Shown here: one piece after another, positions 47,544 to 49,122 of the stretch
How the letters are laid out: each line of letters begins with the position of its first letter
How positions within the stretch are numbered: position 1 is the stretch's first letter
Source of the DNA: Caulobacterales bacterium
GTDB lineage: Bacteria > Pseudomonadota > Alphaproteobacteria > Caulobacterales > Aquidulcibacteraceae
DNA length: 49,122 bases
Direction: 5' to 3'
Assembly (NCBI GenBank): GCA_044375455.1
Contig: JBILMQ010000001.1
Coordinates: 1-49,122 of the forward strand
The notes under the pieces: generated by a model
Database searches by the model: none
Seen by the model: only the letters and a program-made list of their open reading frames with translations
What the model was told of the DNA's origin: nothing
Position numbers and translations under genes: made by a program

Positions 47544-48679
47544 GCGCGGCGTCTGATCTTGCACGCCCGCGCGAAATGCAGGCCGCACGCGCGGTGACTG
47601 AGGTTCTTATCGCCCACGGCGGGGAATGGATCGATCCGCCCGTGCTGCAACCGGCTGCGATCTATCTGGAGCTGGCGGGAGAAGACATCCGGTCCCGCCT
47701 GTACACTCTGACCGGGCCTGACGGCGCGGAATTGTGCCTGCGCCCTGATTTGACCGCTCCCGCAGCGCGTCACCTGATCGCTCAGGGCGGCGGCGGAGCA
47801 CGGTTGCTCTACCAGGGTTTGGTCTTTCGCCACCGCGCCGCCGAGGCGGGTGAGGAGGACCAATTCATCCAGATCGGTGCAGAAACATTTGGCGAAAGCG
47901 ATCGGCCGCAAGCGGATGCTGATGCGCTGGCGCTCGCGCTGGAATGCACTGCAAAGGCTGGCGTTCCTGAGCCAAGCGTCACACTGGGGGATATCGGTCT
48001 CTATGGCGTCTTCATCGCCGGCTTGGGGCTTCCGGCGACGCTTGGCGCCCAGCTTACCGCCGCCCTGCCCCATCCCAAGGCTCGTGACCGCCTGCTGGAC
48101 CGCGCGTCGCATCCAACCCGCCATTCGGGGCTGGCTGATGCGCTTGCCGGCCTTGATGGGCCTGCAGCGCGCGCCGCGCTTGGCGACGTCGCGGGACTGG
48201 CCAAGATCCAGCCGATCGGCGTACGCAGTCTGGAGGACATCGCCGCGCGTCTGGTCGCGCGATCGCGCGACGCACAGCCCGTGAGCCCGGCCGTGCGCAG
48301 TCTTCTCGACAGATACCTGCGCATCGAAGGGCCGCCGGAACGCGTGCTGGACGCCGTGCAGGCGTTAGCGCTTGAGGCGCGCGTCAATCTAGACGCCGCT
48401 CTGGCGGATTGGAGCACACGATTGACGAGCCTGGCCCGATGCGGCGTTGCACCGGGACAGATCACCTTCAAGACATCTTTCGCGCGCGCCTTCGATTACT
48501 ACGATGGCGTTCTTTTTGAACTCGAAGCCCCCGAACTGGGGTCAGCCGCTGGTCTGGGCGGCGGCGGTCGGTATGACTCACTGCTGCGTCGCTTGTCGCA
48601 CGGCGCGCTCGACGCTCCCGCGGTGGGATTGATGTTGCGGCCCGCTCGGCTTGCACGCGCAGCGCAGGCGCGCCGATGA
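47540..48679 (+). CDS. hisZ: ATP phosphoribosyltransferase regulatory subunit (HisS paralogue)
   Basis: ATG 47540 forms an ATGA overlap with the hisS stop. LRPDLTAPAARHL, ...FIQIGAETFG and GGGGRYDSLL are HisRS-like motifs, but there is no anticodon-binding domain. hisG follows directly. Confidence 0.88.
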   Translation: MSAASDLARPREMQAARAVTEVLIAHGGEWIDPPVLQPAAIYLELAGEDIRSRLYTLTGPDGAELCLRPDLTAPAARHLIAQGGGGARLLYQGLVFRHRAAEAGEEDQFIQIGAETFGESDRPQADADALALALECTAKAGVPEPSVTLGDIGLYGVFIAGLGLPATLGAQLTAALPHPKARDRLLDRASHPTRHSGLADALAGLDGPAARAALGDVAGLAKIQPIGVRSLEDIAARLVARSRDAQPVSPAVRSLLDRYLRIEGPPERVLDAVQALALEARVNLDAALADWSTRLTSLARCGVAPGQITFKTSFARAFDYYDGVLFELEAPELGSAAGLGGGGRYDSLLRRLSHGALDAPAVGLMLRPARLARAAQARR

Positions 48680-49122
48680 CCTTGGTTCTTGGCATCCCCT
48701 CAAAGGGCCGACTGCAGGAACAGGCCGCCGCCTTCTTCGCCGACAGCGGAGTGCCGATCAGGCAGACCGGTGGGGATCGCGGGTATCGGGGTTGTATCGC
48801 CGGCGCACCGGACATTGAGGTGCGTCTGGTCTCCGCCGCCGAGATCGCCACAGGACTTGCATCCGGTGAACTGCATATGGGCGTGACTGGCGAGGACCTC
48901 CTGCATGAAACCATTTCCGACATCGCCGCCGTCATCCATCCGACGCGGCGGCTGGGGTTTGGGCACGCTGATCTGGTGGTCGCTGCGCCGCGAAGCTGGT
49001 TTGACGTGGACACCATCGAAGACCTCGATGAAGTCGCGGCTGAGTTTCCCAGTCGATACGGACGCGCGCTGAAGGTGGCGACAAAATACATGTCTCTGGC
49101 GCGGCGTTTCTTTGCCGGGCGC
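48676..49122 (+). CDS. hisG: ATP phosphoribosyltransferase catalytic subunit, N-terminal 149 aa (runs off the right edge)
   Basis: Not in the ORF track (no stop in window). My own translation from ATG 48676 (ATGA overlap with the hisZ stop) gives MTLVLGIPSKGRLQEQAAAFFADSGVPI...EVRLVSAAEIATGLASGELHMGVTGEDLLHE... Confidence 0.88.
   Translation, partial: MTLVLGIPSKGRLQEQAAAFFADSGVPIRQTGGDRGYRGCIAGAPDIEVRLVSAAEIATGLASGELHMGVTGEDLLHETISDIAAVIHPTRRLGFGHADLVVAAPRSWFDVDTIEDLDEVAAEFPSRYGRALKVATKYMSLARRFFAGR

Overview
High-GC bacterial chromosomal segment with alphaproteobacterial gene content and order. A Hyphomicrobiales/Rhizobiales-like origin is an inference from protein motifs only. Most of the window is housekeeping. 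In order: POT peptide transporter (partial), plant-type gshA, lipoprotein Cu/Zn SOD, EamA transporter, gyrA, coaD, two cyclophilins, queA-tgt, a lipoprotein, tRNA-Lys(UUU). Then an OmpA-like porin, an M20 hydrolase-astA-astD-astB arginine succinyltransferase operon, and a nucleoside hydrolase-ribokinase-2OG oxygenase operon. Then Lrp plus a fused indolepyruvate:ferredoxin oxidoreductase, a TPP enzyme, a small HExxH protein, an FAD oxidoreductase, yqgE, tatABC, a DUF533/TerB-like protein and hisS-hisZ-hisG (partial). The one clearly accessory stretch lies directly downstream of tRNA-Lys (about 13.4-20.7 kb). It holds a disrupted mrr restriction gene carrying nested IS3- and IS110-family fragments, an SSB-like remnant, an intact vapBC (FitAB-like) module and an IS481-family copy. 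It also holds a secreted FGE/SUMF1-domain protein, a secreted SNase-like nuclease and about 1.2 kb without a credible ORF. No integrase was found. I did not find a convincing multi-gene novel system. The most unusual signal visible by eye is a recurrent class of perfect 12-17 bp tandem duplications in non-coding DNA, at nine or more loci. One is a 6-7 copy 16-bp array upstream of an unknown Cys-rich secreted protein. Other leads are a 2OG-Fe(II) oxygenase translationally coupled to nucleoside-salvage genes, an M20 hydrolase at the head of an ast operon lacking astC/astE, an uncharacterised 2-TM protein, and a (CCG)10-encoded polyproline hinge in the OmpA-like protein. All homology statements come from reading motifs by eye, not from database searches. 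Several starts were moved from the ORF-track maxima using Shine-Dalgarno and overlap evidence.
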